Assembly (NCBI GenBank): GCA_965247115.1
Contig: CBDFGR010000002.1
Coordinates: 1,498,669 to 1,562,668, forward strand
Source: Myxococcota bacterium
GTDB taxonomy: Bacteria; Myxococcota_A; UBA9160; SZUA-336
Direction of reading: 5' to 3'
DNA length: 64,000 nucleotides
The position numbers and the translations under genes are program-made. The notes under the pieces are model-generated. The model was not told the origin of the DNA and made no database searches. It saw only the letters and a list, made by a program, of their open reading frames with translations. The first letter of the stretch is position 1, and each line of letters starts with the position of its first letter. Shown here piece after piece: positions 48,241 through 58,982 of this stretch.

Positions 48241-48406
48241 TGGGTGGGGACTCCGCAACGGGTTGCCGATTCTTCACGGAATCTGAACTTGGGAATCTGA
48301 ACTTGGGGACGGTCCTTAATCTTGCACTCGCTGCTGGCGCGGAAGGCGTGCGCTGGCGCATGCTGTCGCCACAAAGGTGCGGATTTTTGCTGAGGTCGGG
48401 GCGTAG

Positions 48407-50404
<1,998 letters not shown>

Positions 50405-50434
50405 TCCGGGTGATGCTTTGGGGTTCGTGACGCC

Positions 50435-50468
50435 GTCGGAGGGCGGGGACCACTCCTCGCCCTCCGAC
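50435..50468. terminator. candidate bidirectional hairpin terminator between convergent ligA and rsmI
   Basis: Perfect 11-bp inverted repeat GTCGGAGGGCG (50435-50445) / CGCCCTCCGAC (50458-50468) with 12-nt loop; no U-tract. Confidence 0.35.
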
Positions 50469-50503
50469 TCCTTGCCCGCGCTTCGTGTTCGGGTCGGGGG
50501 AGG

Positions 50504-51358
50504 CTAGTCGGGGGGGTCGGGTTTCTGTGCGGGGACGTGGGCGAGGATGCTGCGGTAGGCGGTAGTTCTGGAGACGCCCAGCTCCGTGGCCAGCTTCCGG
50601 GCTACGTCGCGGACGCTCAGGCCCGAGGCGAGGAGCTCCTCGATGTGGGGGGCGAGGTTCGTGGGGTCGGGCTCCGCGGCGGAGGCGGGGCCCTCCACGA
50701 TCAAGGTGACCTCGCCCCGCGTCCGGTCGAGGTGGACCTCGCCGAGCCGGCCGCGGACGAATTCCTCGTAGAGCTTCGTGAGCTCCCGTCCGATCGCGAT
50801 CCGCCTCGGGCCGAGCGTACGAAACAGGTCCGCGAGCGTGTCGTTCACCCGCCCCGGCGCCTCGTAGAATACGAGCGTTCCCGGGAACGCGGCTACGCGT
50901 TCCAGTGTCAGGTGTCGCGCGCGGCCTTTGCGCGGCAGGAAGCCCTCGAACGCGAAGGGCCGTGTCGCAAAGCCACTGCCAACGAGCCCTGCCAGCAGTG
51001 CGGACGGCCCGGGAACAGGCACGACCTCTATCCCGCCTGCAAGGGCGGCGCTCACCAGCGCAAGGCCTGGGTCCGAGAGCAGTGGGGTCCCCGCGTCCGA
51101 GACGAGCGCGATCGAGTCGCCGGTCTTCAAGCGGCCCAGGAGCATCGGGACACGCCGCGCCTCGTTGTGCGCGTGGAGTGAGACGCGCCGGGTCGGGATC
51201 TCGAAGCGCTGGCACAGGCGCGCGGTCCGCCGCGTGTCCTCGCACGCAATCAGCGCGACCTCTCGCAGCGTGCGCAGCGCTCGCACGCTCGCGTCATCTA
51301 GATTCCCGATCGGCGTCGCGACCACGTAGACGCGGCCCGGATTCTCCGATATCGTCAC
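50504..51358 (-). CDS. rsmI: 16S rRNA (cytidine1402-2'-O)-methyltransferase RsmI
   Basis: ...GRVYVVATPIGNLDDASVRALRTLREVALIACEDTR...; GTG at 51358 preferred over upstream ATG 51448 because of the divergent yraN-like gene. Confidence 0.8.
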   Translation of the reverse strand: MTISENPGRVYVVATPIGNLDDASVRALRTLREVALIACEDTRRTARLCQRFEIPTRRVSLHAHNEARRVPMLLGRLKTGDSIALVSDAGTPLLSDPGLALVSAALAGGIEVVPVPGPSALLAGLVGSGFATRPFAFEGFLPRKGRARHLTLERVAAFPGTLVFYEAPGRVNDTLADLFRTLGPRRIAIGRELTKLYEEFVRGRLGEVHLDRTRGEVTLIVEGPASAAEPDPTNLAPHIEELLASGLSVRDVARKLATELGVSRTTAYRSILAHVPAQKPDPPD

Positions 51359-51392
51359 CCGTGCCTCACCCCGGCTCTCGGTCCCGAAGGCG

Positions 51393-51770
51393 CTGGATAT
51401 TCCCACCGAGCGGAACACGCGAGCACTGGGCCGCCGCGGCGAGGACATCGCACAGTCCTTCCTGGAGGACCGGGGCTACCGTATTCTCGCACGCAACGTT
51501 CACCTCCGGCACGCGGAGCTGGACCTCGTGGCCCTCGACGGCGACACACTCTGCTTCGTCGAGGTACGACTGCGCAGGAGCCGGCGCTTCGGCAGCGCCG
51601 AGGAATCGATCGATAAGCGAAAGCAGCGCCGCATCCTTCGCGCCGCCTCGCAGCTCCTGGCCACCCGAAGCCTCCCTCGCTTCCGCAAGATTCGCTTCGA
51701 CGTAATAGCAATCGACGCCTCCCATCACCCCCCGGAGGTAGGTCACTTCCGAAACGCCTTCCACCGCTAG
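51393..51770 (+). CDS. YraN family (UPF0102) predicted endonuclease; start codon uncertain (no ATG/GTG in frame upstream)
   Basis: ...RRGEDIAQSFLEDRGYRILARNVHLRHAELDLVALDGDTLCFVEVRLRRS...IRFDVIAIDAS...; divergent from rsmI as in the E. coli rsmI/yraN region. Confidence 0.6.
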   Translation: MDIPTERNTRALGRRGEDIAQSFLEDRGYRILARNVHLRHAELDLVALDGDTLCFVEVRLRRSRRFGSAEESIDKRKQRRILRAASQLLATRSLPRFRKIRFDVIAIDASHHPPEVGHFRNAFHR

Positions 51771-51783
51771 CCGAGCCAACCGG

Positions 51784-51876
51784 GCAAGCGCCGCGGAACG
51801 CGGCGCGCGCAGCGAAGGCCGAAGGCCTGAGCGAAGGTGGGTGGCCCGCGGACGCCCGCGGGTCGGGTCCCACAAG
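51784..51876 (-). repeat. GC-rich repeat, copy F
   Basis: GCAAGCGCCGCGGAACGCGGCGCGCGCAGCGAAGGCCGAAGGCCTGAGCGAAGGTGGGTGGCCCGCGGACGCCCGCGGGTCGGGTCCCACAAG between convergent yraN-like and rplS. Confidence 0.85.
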
Positions 51877-51882
51877 ACAGGT

Positions 51883-52233
51883 CTATTCGGCCGTGTAGCG
51901 CTCGCGGATCCGCGCTGCCTTGCCCCGCAGCTCGCGCAAGTAGAAGAGGCGCGAGCGGCGCACGCGGCCGCGCGACTTGAGCTCGATCCGGACCACGTTC
52001 GGCGACTGCAGGGGGAAGACGCGCTCGACGCCGACGCCGTAGGACACCTTGCGTACGGTGAACGTCTCGTGCATCCCACCCCGATGGCGCTGGAGCACAA
52101 CTCCCTCGAAGACCTGCACGCGCTCCTTGTCCCCCTCCGTGATCCGGACGTGCACGCGAACGGTGTCACCGCTGCGAAACTGCGGGTGGTCGGTCCGCAT
52201 GCCCTCTCTCTCGATCTCTCGAATCTCTCTCAT
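51883..52233 (-). CDS. rplS: 50S ribosomal protein L19
   Basis: 116 aa; ...[55 protein letters not shown]... Confidence 0.95.
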   Translation of the reverse strand: MREIREIEREGMRTDHPQFRSGDTVRVHVRITEGDKERVQVFEGVVLQRHRGGMHETFTVRKVSYGVGVERVFPLQSPNVVRIELKSRGRVRRSRLFYLRELRGKAARIRERYTAE

Positions 52234-52958
52234 TTTCCTAACTCCCGGAGGAACTTCCGATCCTCCTCGCTCAAGCGCTCCGTCTCGAGCAGCTCCGGCC
52301 TGCGGCGCCGCGTCACGCGAAGGGACTCCTCGCGCCGAAAGCGTTCGATGCGTGCGTGATTGCCCGACAGCAAGGGCTCCGGGACGGTGCGGCCCCGGAA
52401 CTCCCGGGGTCGCGTGAAGATCGGGTGCTCCAGAAGCCCCTCGCTAAAGGTGTCGGCCTGCGGCGAGATGGGATTTCCGACGACGCCGGGCACGAGCCGG
52501 GTCACAGCCTCGGTCACGACCAGGGCCGCCGCCTCTCCGCCCGAAATCACGAAGTCCCCAATTGAAAGCTCCTCGGCGCCCGTCTCCTCGAAGATCCGCT
52601 CGTCGAAGCCCGCATAGCGGCCACAGAGCAGGAGCAGCTGCCGCTCTGCAGCCAGCTCCTGGGCCAGGACCTGATCGAAGAGGCGTCCTCGAGGACCCAG
52701 CGCGCAGATCCGCGCACCTGGGAACGCGAGGGCCTCGACGGCCGCGACGACCGGCTCGCACTTGAGCACCATCCCGTCGCCCCCACCGTAGGGCTCGTCG
52801 TCCACGCTGCGCTGCTTGTCCGTGGCGTACGCTCGCAGGTCGCTGACCCGAACCTCGACGACCCCCTCGCGGCGAGCCGCGCCGAGCAGCGAGCCCTTGA
52901 GAAAGTGCTCCACCAGCTCGGGAAAGATGGTGACGATGTCGATACGAGGGCCCGCCAT
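52230..52958 (-). CDS. trmD: tRNA (guanine37-N1)-methyltransferase
   Basis: 242 aa; IDIVTIFPE...[13 protein letters not shown]...[13 protein letters not shown]. Confidence 0.95.
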   Translation of the reverse strand: MAGPRIDIVTIFPELVEHFLKGSLLGAARREGVVEVRVSDLRAYATDKQRSVDDEPYGGGDGMVLKCEPVVAAVEALAFPGARICALGPRGRLFDQVLAQELAAERQLLLLCGRYAGFDERIFEETGAEELSIGDFVISGGEAAALVVTEAVTRLVPGVVGNPISPQADTFSEGLLEHPIFTRPREFRGRTVPEPLLSGNHARIERFRREESLRVTRRRRPELLETERLSEEDRKFLRELGK

Positions 52959-52959
52959 A

Positions 52960-53541
52960 TCAGGCCTCGTCCTCGATCATTCCTGCTGGAGGATCCAGCC
53001 AGATCTCTCCCGCCTCGAGATCCACCCGAACTAGGAGCTCGCGCAGGGCGGGTACCAGGTTTTGGTGCGAGCCCTTGCACACCACGAGCACGTCGCTGGC
53101 GCGCGTCGACCAGATCTCTTCGACTCGCCCCAGCTCGCTCCCGTCGGGGAGGCGCGCACGCAGACCGATGATCTCGCGCCAGTAGAACTCGCCCGCCGGC
53201 AGCGCTTGGATCGCTGCTTCGCGCAGCGAGAGCCGCGCTCCCTTCCACTCCACGGCCTGCTCGCGGCTGCCGAGTCCCAGCAGCTCGAGATGGGCCCGCG
53301 CGTGCCCGGCGCGGCTCGGACTCGCCGCCAGCGCGTGGCGGATCCGAAAGGGGATCTCGCCGGGGCCGCCCTCGAGACGGACCTCCGTCGCCTCTAGGAG
53401 ATTCTTGAGATCCTCGCCGTGAAGCTCGACCAGCAGGCGGCCCTCGCGACCCGTCGGTCGCAGCAGCCACCCGATCTCGACCCACGTGCCGCTCCCAGTG
53501 TCGGGCAGGCTCGAAAGCTCACTTGCGCCTCTCGCAGCCAC
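52960..53541 (-). CDS. rimM: ribosome maturation factor RimM
   Basis: Position between trmD and rpsP plus PRC-barrel-like C-terminus; start uncertain (GTG at 53541). Confidence 0.8.
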   Translation of the reverse strand: MAARGASELSSLPDTGSGTWVEIGWLLRPTGREGRLLVELHGEDLKNLLEATEVRLEGGPGEIPFRIRHALAASPSRAGHARAHLELLGLGSREQAVEWKGARLSLREAAIQALPAGEFYWREIIGLRARLPDGSELGRVEEIWSTRASDVLVVCKGSHQNLVPALRELLVRVDLEAGEIWLDPPAGMIEDEA

Positions 53542-53566
53542 GTCCGCACAACCCGATCGCGCTCGC

Positions 53567-53836
53567 TCAGCTGGCCGCGGGCTGCGGCTCTTCCGCTGCC
53601 TCGCGCGCGCGCTTGCGAATGAGCGATGCGACGCTGTCGCTGACGCGCGCTCCCTTACCGACCCAGGCGTCGAAAGCCTGCCGCTTGAGCGAGAGCTCGG
53701 TGCCGGGCGCGAGCGGGTCGTAGGTTCCCAGGAACTCCAGCGCGCGACCGCTGCGCTTGGTCCGGGAGTCGACAGCTACGATGCGGTACTTCGGGCGCTT
53801 CTTGGCACCCGCTCGAAACAGGCGAATGGTCACCAT
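53567..53836 (-). CDS. rpsP: 30S ribosomal protein S16
   Basis: ATG at 53836; MVTIRLFRAGAKKRPKYRIVAVDSRTKRSGRALEFLGTYDP... Confidence 0.95.
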   Translation of the reverse strand: MVTIRLFRAGAKKRPKYRIVAVDSRTKRSGRALEFLGTYDPLAPGTELSLKRQAFDAWVGKGARVSDSVASLIRKRAREAAEEPQPAAS

Positions 53837-53904
53837 ACTGGAGTCCTCACGGAAGGTCCGAGGCGCGCCGCGAGGCACCCTCGGAAGAAGTGAAGTGGGC
53901 GAAA

Positions 53905-54114
53905 TTATAGGCGCTTTGCGCTCGAGTCAAGCGCGCCGGTACGGCGCGCCTCCTTCTCTCGGGAGCAGTCCCGACAGGCGTACCGGACTGGGTGACGCTG
54001 GGGGAGTCTGTCATAGCCCTGATCCAATGCGATCCTGCGCACGTGCGTTACCGGGCGTCCGCAGAAATCGCACTTCTCGAGTCCGCCCTGGTCCACGCTG
54101 GCGCAAGGTAGCAC
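53905..54114 (-). CDS. hypothetical small zinc-ribbon protein (weak call)
   Basis: 69-aa ORF with CDFCGRP...CRDCS; upstream of rpsP on the same strand; could be non-coding. Confidence 0.3.
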   Translation of the reverse strand: MLPCASVDQGGLEKCDFCGRPVTHVRRIALDQGYDRLPQRHPVRYACRDCSREKEARRTGALDSSAKRL

Positions 54115-54148
54115 AGGCGCCGCGGGGGGCGTCTGCTAGGGTTGCGGT

Positions 54149-54466
54149 GTGCGTGGCCGGCACCCAGGACGGCGCAAGAGTGGGCCACCCGAAGCGGTGG
54201 CGACTCTGTTGCCCAGCGTGCTCGACGAAGTGGGACTCGGCGCGACGTCAGACGCGGTGCAGCTCGTCCACGTCTGGGACGAGACCCTCGGCGAGCCCTT
54301 TGCTGCGAACTGCCGCCCCGAGGGTGTCCGCAAGGGGGTGGTGGTGGCCCGAGTCCCCGACTCGGCCTGGATGCAGCGTATCCAGCTCGAGAAGCCACGC
54401 ATCCTGAAGCGCCTGGCAGAAGCGCTCGCGGAGCCCCCGCACGACATCCGACTCCTCATCGGCTGA
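54149..54466 (+). CDS. DUF721 (DciA-like) family protein
   Basis: ...VHVWDETLGEPFAANCRPEGVRKGVVVARVPDSAWMQRIQLEKPRILKRLAEALAEPPHDIRLLIG resembles the DUF721 pattern. Confidence 0.5.
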   Translation: MRGRHPGRRKSGPPEAVATLLPSVLDEVGLGATSDAVQLVHVWDETLGEPFAANCRPEGVRKGVVVARVPDSAWMQRIQLEKPRILKRLAEALAEPPHDIRLLIG

Positions 54467-55055
54467 GCACGGCCGCCTCCAGGATCGCGTCGAAGCGGAT
54501 CGCCCCCTCGCGCAGGAGACGCAGGTTCCCGTCGGGATCGAGTGCAACGACGCTCGACGGGGCAAGATTCCCGGCCGTCCCCGCGACGACTGGCAGCTCC
54601 TGGCCGAAGAGCTCGTGAACCTCGCAAGCGGTCCCACATGGCGCTTCCCCGCTGCGATTGCAGCTCGTCGCGGCGATCGGCCGCTCGTACAGCCGCGCCA
54701 GGCGAGCGGCGACCGGGTGCGAGGAGCACCGAAAGCCGACACCGAACTCTGTAGCCACCTGCGCGAACGCGACGTCGACCTGTTGCAGCACCAGGGTGAG
54801 GGGACCGGGCCAGAAGCGCTTGGTCAAAAGAAGCGCTGGTTCGGGAAGGCTCGGGAGCCAGGCCTCCAGCGCGCTCGCGTCCCGGACCAGCACCGAGAGC
54901 CCGCGCTCGGGCGCCCGCCCCTTGAGGACTTGGAGTGCCTCGAGCGCGCTCGGCTCGAAGACGTCGACACCGAGGCCAAAGACGGTCTCGGTGGGATAGG
55001 CCACGACCCGCCCAGTCCCGAGGAGGCGAACGGCCTCGTCCGCAGAAACGATCAA
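54456..55055 (-). CDS. tsaC: L-threonylcarbamoyladenylate synthase (YrdC/TsaC family)
   Basis: TTG at 55055 overlapping purD stop (TTGA); ...GRVVAYPTETVFGLGVD...KGRAPERGLSVLV... YrdC motif. Confidence 0.75.
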   Translation of the reverse strand: MIVSADEAVRLLGTGRVVAYPTETVFGLGVDVFEPSALEALQVLKGRAPERGLSVLVRDASALEAWLPSLPEPALLLTKRFWPGPLTLVLQQVDVAFAQVATEFGVGFRCSSHPVAARLARLYERPIAATSCNRSGEAPCGTACEVHELFGQELPVVAGTAGNLAPSSVVALDPDGNLRLLREGAIRFDAILEAAVLSR

Positions 55056-56623
55056 CCCGCGTGGTCCCGGAGCGCCCGGAGCGCAATGTCGCTCCTGAGC
55101 TGGGCACCCTCGAACTGGATGCGACGCGCGGCGGCGTAGGCACGATCGCGGGCGGCGGCGATGCTGGCACCGCGGGCCGTGATGCCGAGCACGCGCCCAC
55201 CTGCCGTCTCCCAGCGACCGCCAGAGCGGCGGGTGGCGGCGTGAAACACGAGAACCTCCGGCTCGCTCTCGAGCTCCTCGAGCCCCCTGATCTCTCGCCC
55301 CACCGGGTAGCTGCGCGGATAGCCCTCGCTCGCCAGCACGACGCACACGGCCGGATCCCCGAAGACGGGGCCTGCGGGACCCGGCGCGCGAGCGGTCGCG
55401 CGCCACCCACCTCCGCTCGGCTTCGCCTCGCTGCGCGCGCCGCTATCCGCGGCGCTTGCACCTGCGGGACCCGGCGCGCGAGCGGTCGCGCGCCACCCAC
55501 CTCCGCTCGGCTTCGCCTCGCTGCGCGCGCCGCTATCCGCGGCGCTTGCACCTGCGGGACCCGGCGCGCGAGCGGTCGCGCGCCACCCACCTCCGCTCGG
55601 CTTCGCCTCGCTGCGCGCGCCGCTATCCGCGGCGCTTGCACCTGCGGGATCCGGCGCGCGAGCCGCTTGCAGAGGGAGCTGGCCCTGGGCCGCACCCACG
55701 AGCAGCGGGACGAGGTCGGACTCCATTCGGTACAGCAGAGGCTGCGTCTCCGGGTCGCCGAAGCGGACGTTAAACTCCACCACAACGGGCTCGGCCTCGA
55801 CGACCATCACGCCGACGTAGAGCACTCCCCGATAGGGCGTGCCCTCCGCACGCAGGCCGTCGAGCGTGGGCTGAACGATCTTCTCGATGATTCGCTGCTC
55901 CACGTCGGGGCTCACAACCGGGGCCGGGGAGTAGGCGCCCATGCCTCCTGTGTTCTCGCCGCGGTCACCGTCTAGCGCGCGTTTGTGATCCTGCGCAGCG
56001 GCCAGGCACACGCTGCGCTCCCCGTCGGAGATCGCGTAGTACGAGGCCTCCTCGCCAACGAGCCAGTCCTCGATCACGACCTCGGCACCGGAGTCGCCGA
56101 AGCGCCGCTCGCGCATGATCTCCGAGAGGGCAACGCTCGCCTCATCCGGACCCGCGCACATGTACACGCCCTTGCCAGCCGCGAGCCCGTCCGCCTTCAC
56201 GACAAGCGGCCCGCCGCGAGCGCGCACATACCGCTCCGCTTTGTCTGGGTCCGCGAAGCCCTGGTAGGCGGCAGTCGGGATGCCGTGGCGCTGCATGAAG
56301 GCCTTGGCGAAGCTCTTGCTGCCCTCAAGGCGAGCCGCGGCCGCGCCGGGCCCGAATACCGCGATCCCGGCAGCCTCGAGGTGATCCGCCAATCCCGCGA
56401 CCAGGGGAACCTCGGGACCGACGACCACCAGCTGAACGTCCTCGCGTTTCACGAGCTCCACGACGGAGTCGGGGCTGGCCAGCCGCGCCTCCGCACAGCG
56501 GCCGTGTCGCCCGATGCCGTCGCTGCCCGGGGCGCAGAGCACCTCGTCGACCAGCGGGCTGCGGCCGATCGCCCAGACCAGCGCGTGCTCACGACCTCCC
56601 GAGCCCAGAACCAGGACGCGCAT
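55052..56623 (-). CDS. purD: phosphoribosylamine--glycine ligase, carrying an about 95-aa in-frame insertion of repeat units
   Basis: MRVLVLGSGGREHAL...PLVVKADGLAAGKGV...FNVRFGDPETQ... then (ASAADSGARSEAKPSGGGWRATARAPGPAG)x3 before ...VVLASEGYP...; ATG at 56623 with GGAGGAG RBS. Confidence 0.9.
   Translation of the reverse strand: MRVLVLGSGGREHALVWAIGRSPLVDEVLCAPGSDGIGRHGRCAEARLASPDSVVELVKREDVQLVVVGPEVPLVAGLADHLEAAGIAVFGPGAAAARLEGSKSFAKAFMQRHGIPTAAYQGFADPDKAERYVRARGGPLVVKADGLAAGKGVYMCAGPDEASVALSEIMRERRFGDSGAEVVIEDWLVGEEASYYAISDGERSVCLAAAQDHKRALDGDRGENTGGMGAYSPAPVVSPDVEQRIIEKIVQPTLDGLRAEGTPYRGVLYVGVMVVEAEPVVVEFNVRFGDPETQPLLYRMESDLVPLLVGAAQGQLPLQAARAPDPAGASAADSGARSEAKPSGGGWRATARAPGPAGASAADSGARSEAKPSGGGWRATARAPGPAGASAADSGARSEAKPSGGGWRATARAPGPAGPVFGDPAVCVVLASEGYPRSYPVGREIRGLEELESEPEVLVFHAATRRSGGRWETAGGRVLGITARGASIAAARDRAYAAARRIQFEGAQLRSDIALRALRDHAG
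55371..55674 (+). repeat. GC-rich repeat, copies G1-G3 plus a partial fourth, period exactly 90 bp, inside purD coding sequence
   Basis: CCTGCGGGACCCGGCGCGCGAGCGGTCGCGCGCCACCCACCTCCGCTCGGCTTCGCCTCGCTGCGCGCGCCGCTATCCGCGGCGCTTGCA repeated at 55371, 55461, 55551; a diverged variant of the intergenic repeat. Confidence 0.85.
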
Positions 56624-56631
56624 CACTCCTC

Positions 56632-56751
56632 CTTGTGGGACCCGCGCGCGGGCGGCCCTCCCGCGGGTCAACGACCCGCGGGCCGCTGACGGCTTCCCAC
56701 CTTCGCTCAGGCCTACGGCCTTCGCTGCGCGCGCCGCTATGCGGCGCTTGC
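56632..56751 (+). repeat. GC-rich repeat, copy H (long variant with about 30-bp internal insertion)
   Basis: CTTGTGGGACCCGCGCGCGGGCGGCCCTCCCGCGGG...TTCCCACCTTCGCTCAGGCCTACGGCCTTCGCTGCGCGCGCCGCTATGCGGCGCTTGC; abuts the purD RBS and lies 3' of alr. Confidence 0.8.
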
Positions 56752-56802
56752 AGGCTGCCTATTCTAGCGCTCAGGCTTACGACCTTCGGCGCGTTTCTTG
56801 GG

Positions 56803-57924
56803 TCAGCAGATGACCCGGGGGATGCGCGGGCCGATCCGGACCAGGATCTCGTAGGAGATGGTGTCGGCGGCCAGGGCCAGCTCCTCGACACGAAGCTCGA
56901 GCGCGGCGCGCCGGCCGAAGAGGAGCACCTCGTCTCCCTCGTGGCCCTCCCCGACCCGACCCACGTCGACGGTCGCCAGGTCACAAGAGACGCGGCCCAC
57001 GAGCGGGACGCGTCGGCCGCGATGGCCGACCTGCAGGCGATTCCCCGCCGCCCGCGGCAGACCGTCCGCGTAGCCGATCGGCAGGGTCAGGATGCGCGTC
57101 GCATCCGGCGTCTCGTACGTCCCCCCGTACCCGATGCGCATGCCCGCAGGGACGTCCTTCGCCAGGCAGACACGCGCACACAGCGTCATCACCGCCTCGA
57201 GCGCGTGCCCGCCCTCGAGCGTGGGGTCGGCCCCGTACAGCGCGAGGCCGGGGCGTACTGCCGTCGTGTCCGGGGTCGCGCCCCGCACGATCCCTGCGGA
57301 GTTGTCGATGTGGGTCCACTCCGGCTCGAAGCCCGCGTCGCGGACCTGCGCGAGGAGCTCCCCGAACAGCTTGCGTTGGCGCTCGGTCACGGCGGACGAA
57401 GGATCGTCCGCCTCCGCCAAGTGGCTCATGACCCCTTCCAGACCGACCTCCGGGGTCGAGCCCAGACGCTCGAGGATCGGCGTCAGATCCCGCGGCAGGA
57501 AGCCCAGGCGTCCCATCCCCGTGTCCAACTTCAGGTGGACAGGCGCACGCACTCCCGCCCGCTTCGCCGCAGCCGCGACCGCTTCCAGATGCTGCAGGCG
57601 CAGCAATGTTGGCACCACCTGAAGGGCCAGCAGCTCGTCCGCGTGTTGCGGCGTAAGCGGCCCCGCCAGCAGGAGAATCGGTGCTCGGATCGAGGCCTGC
57701 CGCAGCTCCCGCGCCTCCTCCAGCGTGACCACGGCGAGCGCGTCGCAACCTGCGCGCACGAGGGCATGCGAGACCGGAACGACACCGTGTCCGTAGGCGT
57801 TCGCCTTGACGACCGCGATCACGCGTCGGTCCCGCGCCTGCTGCCGGAGCTGGGCGTAATTCCGCTGCAGCGCGCCGAGGTCGATCTCGGCCCAGGCGCG
57901 CGCCTTCTCCTCGGTCACCTTCAC
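56803..57924 (-). CDS. alr: alanine racemase
   Basis: ...AVVKANAYGHGV... PLP-lysine motif; GTG at 57924 chosen so the gene does not overlap thiS. Confidence 0.85.
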   Translation of the reverse strand: MKVTEEKARAWAEIDLGALQRNYAQLRQQARDRRVIAVVKANAYGHGVVPVSHALVRAGCDALAVVTLEEARELRQASIRAPILLLAGPLTPQHADELLALQVVPTLLRLQHLEAVAAAAKRAGVRAPVHLKLDTGMGRLGFLPRDLTPILERLGSTPEVGLEGVMSHLAEADDPSSAVTERQRKLFGELLAQVRDAGFEPEWTHIDNSAGIVRGATPDTTAVRPGLALYGADPTLEGGHALEAVMTLCARVCLAKDVPAGMRIGYGGTYETPDATRILTLPIGYADGLPRAAGNRLQVGHRGRRVPLVGRVSCDLATVDVGRVGEGHEGDEVLLFGRRAALELRVEELALAADTISYEILVRIGPRIPRVIC

Positions 57925-58002
57925 GCCCCAGACTGTAGGGGCGCCCGCAAGTGGTGTCTTGCGTTTGAACTTCCACACTGCATCGCTTACCGTCGAAACT
58001 GG

Positions 58003-58203
58003 ATGAGATTCGAACTCAACGGCGAGTCTCAGCACGTCCCGGAACCCCTCAGCGTGCGCGATCTGCTGGAACGCTTCGGGCTTGGGAAACGTCGTGTCGC
58101 CGTGGCGATCAACGCCGAGGTCGTGCCGAGATCTCGGTTCGAGCTGGCCCGGATCCACGAGGGCGATCACATCGAGGTCATCCAGGCCGTCGGAGGCGGA
58201 TAA
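58003..58203 (+). CDS. thiS: thiamine biosynthesis sulfur-carrier protein ThiS
   Basis: 66 aa ending ...[10 protein letters not shown]; stop overlaps thiG start (TAATG). Confidence 0.8.
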   Translation: MRFELNGESQHVPEPLSVRDLLERFGLGKRRVAVAINAEVVPRSRFELARIHEGDHIEVIQAVGGG

Positions 58204-58982
58204 TGTCCGGGAGCTATCGACTCGGGGATGCCGAGTTCCACTCGCGCTTGATCATCGGCTCGGGGAAGTACAAGTCTTTCGAGGAGAACCGCCAGGCGCT
58301 GGACGAGAGCGGTGCGGAGCTGATTACGGTCGCCGTGCGCCGTATCGATCTCTCGAGCCGCGACGCCGGCTCCCTGCTCGATTACATCCCACCGGACCAG
58401 TTCCAGCTGCTGCCGAACACGGCCGGCTGCTACACCGCGAAGGAGGCCGTCACCACCGCCCAGCTGGCTCGCGAGCTCCTCGACACCCCACTCGTCAAGC
58501 TCGAGGTGATCGGCGACGAGCGTACGCTGTTCCCCGACACTAGCGAGACGCTGGAGGCGGCCCGGATCCTGATCGCGGAAGGCTTCACCGTGCTGCCGTA
58601 TATCACCGACGATCCGGTGGCCTGCCTCAGGCTCGAAGAGCTGGGCTGTGCTGCAGTCATGCCGCTGGGGGCGCCAATCGGCTCCGGCCTCGGAATCCGC
58701 AACCCGACGAACATTCGCATCATCCTGGAGAGCGTCAGCGTCCCGGTCATTGTAGATGCTGGTGTGGGCACGGCCTCCGATGCCGCGATCGCTATGGAGC
58801 TCGGCTGTACCGCGGTCCTGATGAACACCGGAATCGCCGCGGCGAAGGACCCCCTCAAGATGGCGCGCGCAATGCGTCTGGCGGTGGAGAGCGGGCGCAT
58901 GGCCTACGAGGCCGGGCGCATGCCGAGCCGACTCTACGCCCAGGCCTCCAGTCCCATGGAGGGGCGAATCGACGTACCGTGA
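58203..58982 (+). CDS. thiG: thiazole synthase
   Basis: 259 aa; ...LIIGSGKY...[10 protein letters not shown]...[13 protein letters not shown]... Confidence 0.95.
   Translation: MSGSYRLGDAEFHSRLIIGSGKYKSFEENRQALDESGAELITVAVRRIDLSSRDAGSLLDYIPPDQFQLLPNTAGCYTAKEAVTTAQLARELLDTPLVKLEVIGDERTLFPDTSETLEAARILIAEGFTVLPYITDDPVACLRLEELGCAAVMPLGAPIGSGLGIRNPTNIRIILESVSVPVIVDAGVGTASDAAIAMELGCTAVLMNTGIAAAKDPLKMARAMRLAVESGRMAYEAGRMPSRLYAQASSPMEGRIDVP

Noticed and set aside
48041-48300. Short ORFs translated from the repeat units (e.g. 48041..48286 +, 48046..48300 +, 14492..14758 +, 46325..46552 -, 51355..51873 -)
   Set aside because: They are the stop-free repeat read in different frames; the same peptide strings recur at every copy regardless of context, and none has a start signal.
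46408-48406. Sigma-54 (-24/-12) promoters near the two enhancer-binding regulator genes and ligA
   Set aside because: Only imperfect GG/GC matches with wrong spacing or weak -24 elements were found by eye; not confident enough to annotate.
55371-55674. Tandem 90-bp repeats (also 48045-48240) considered as a possible CRISPR array
   Set aside because: Units are directly adjacent with no unique spacers, are about 90 bp rather than 25-40 bp, lie inside purD coding sequence, and no cas genes are present.
57925-58002. Possible TPP riboswitch (THI-box) upstream of thiS
   Set aside because: A GGGGCGCCC-like stretch is present but the conserved CUGAGA and ACCUGAUCUGGAUAAUGCCAGCG elements are not found in order; the region is only about 78 bp and partly overlaps the alr start.
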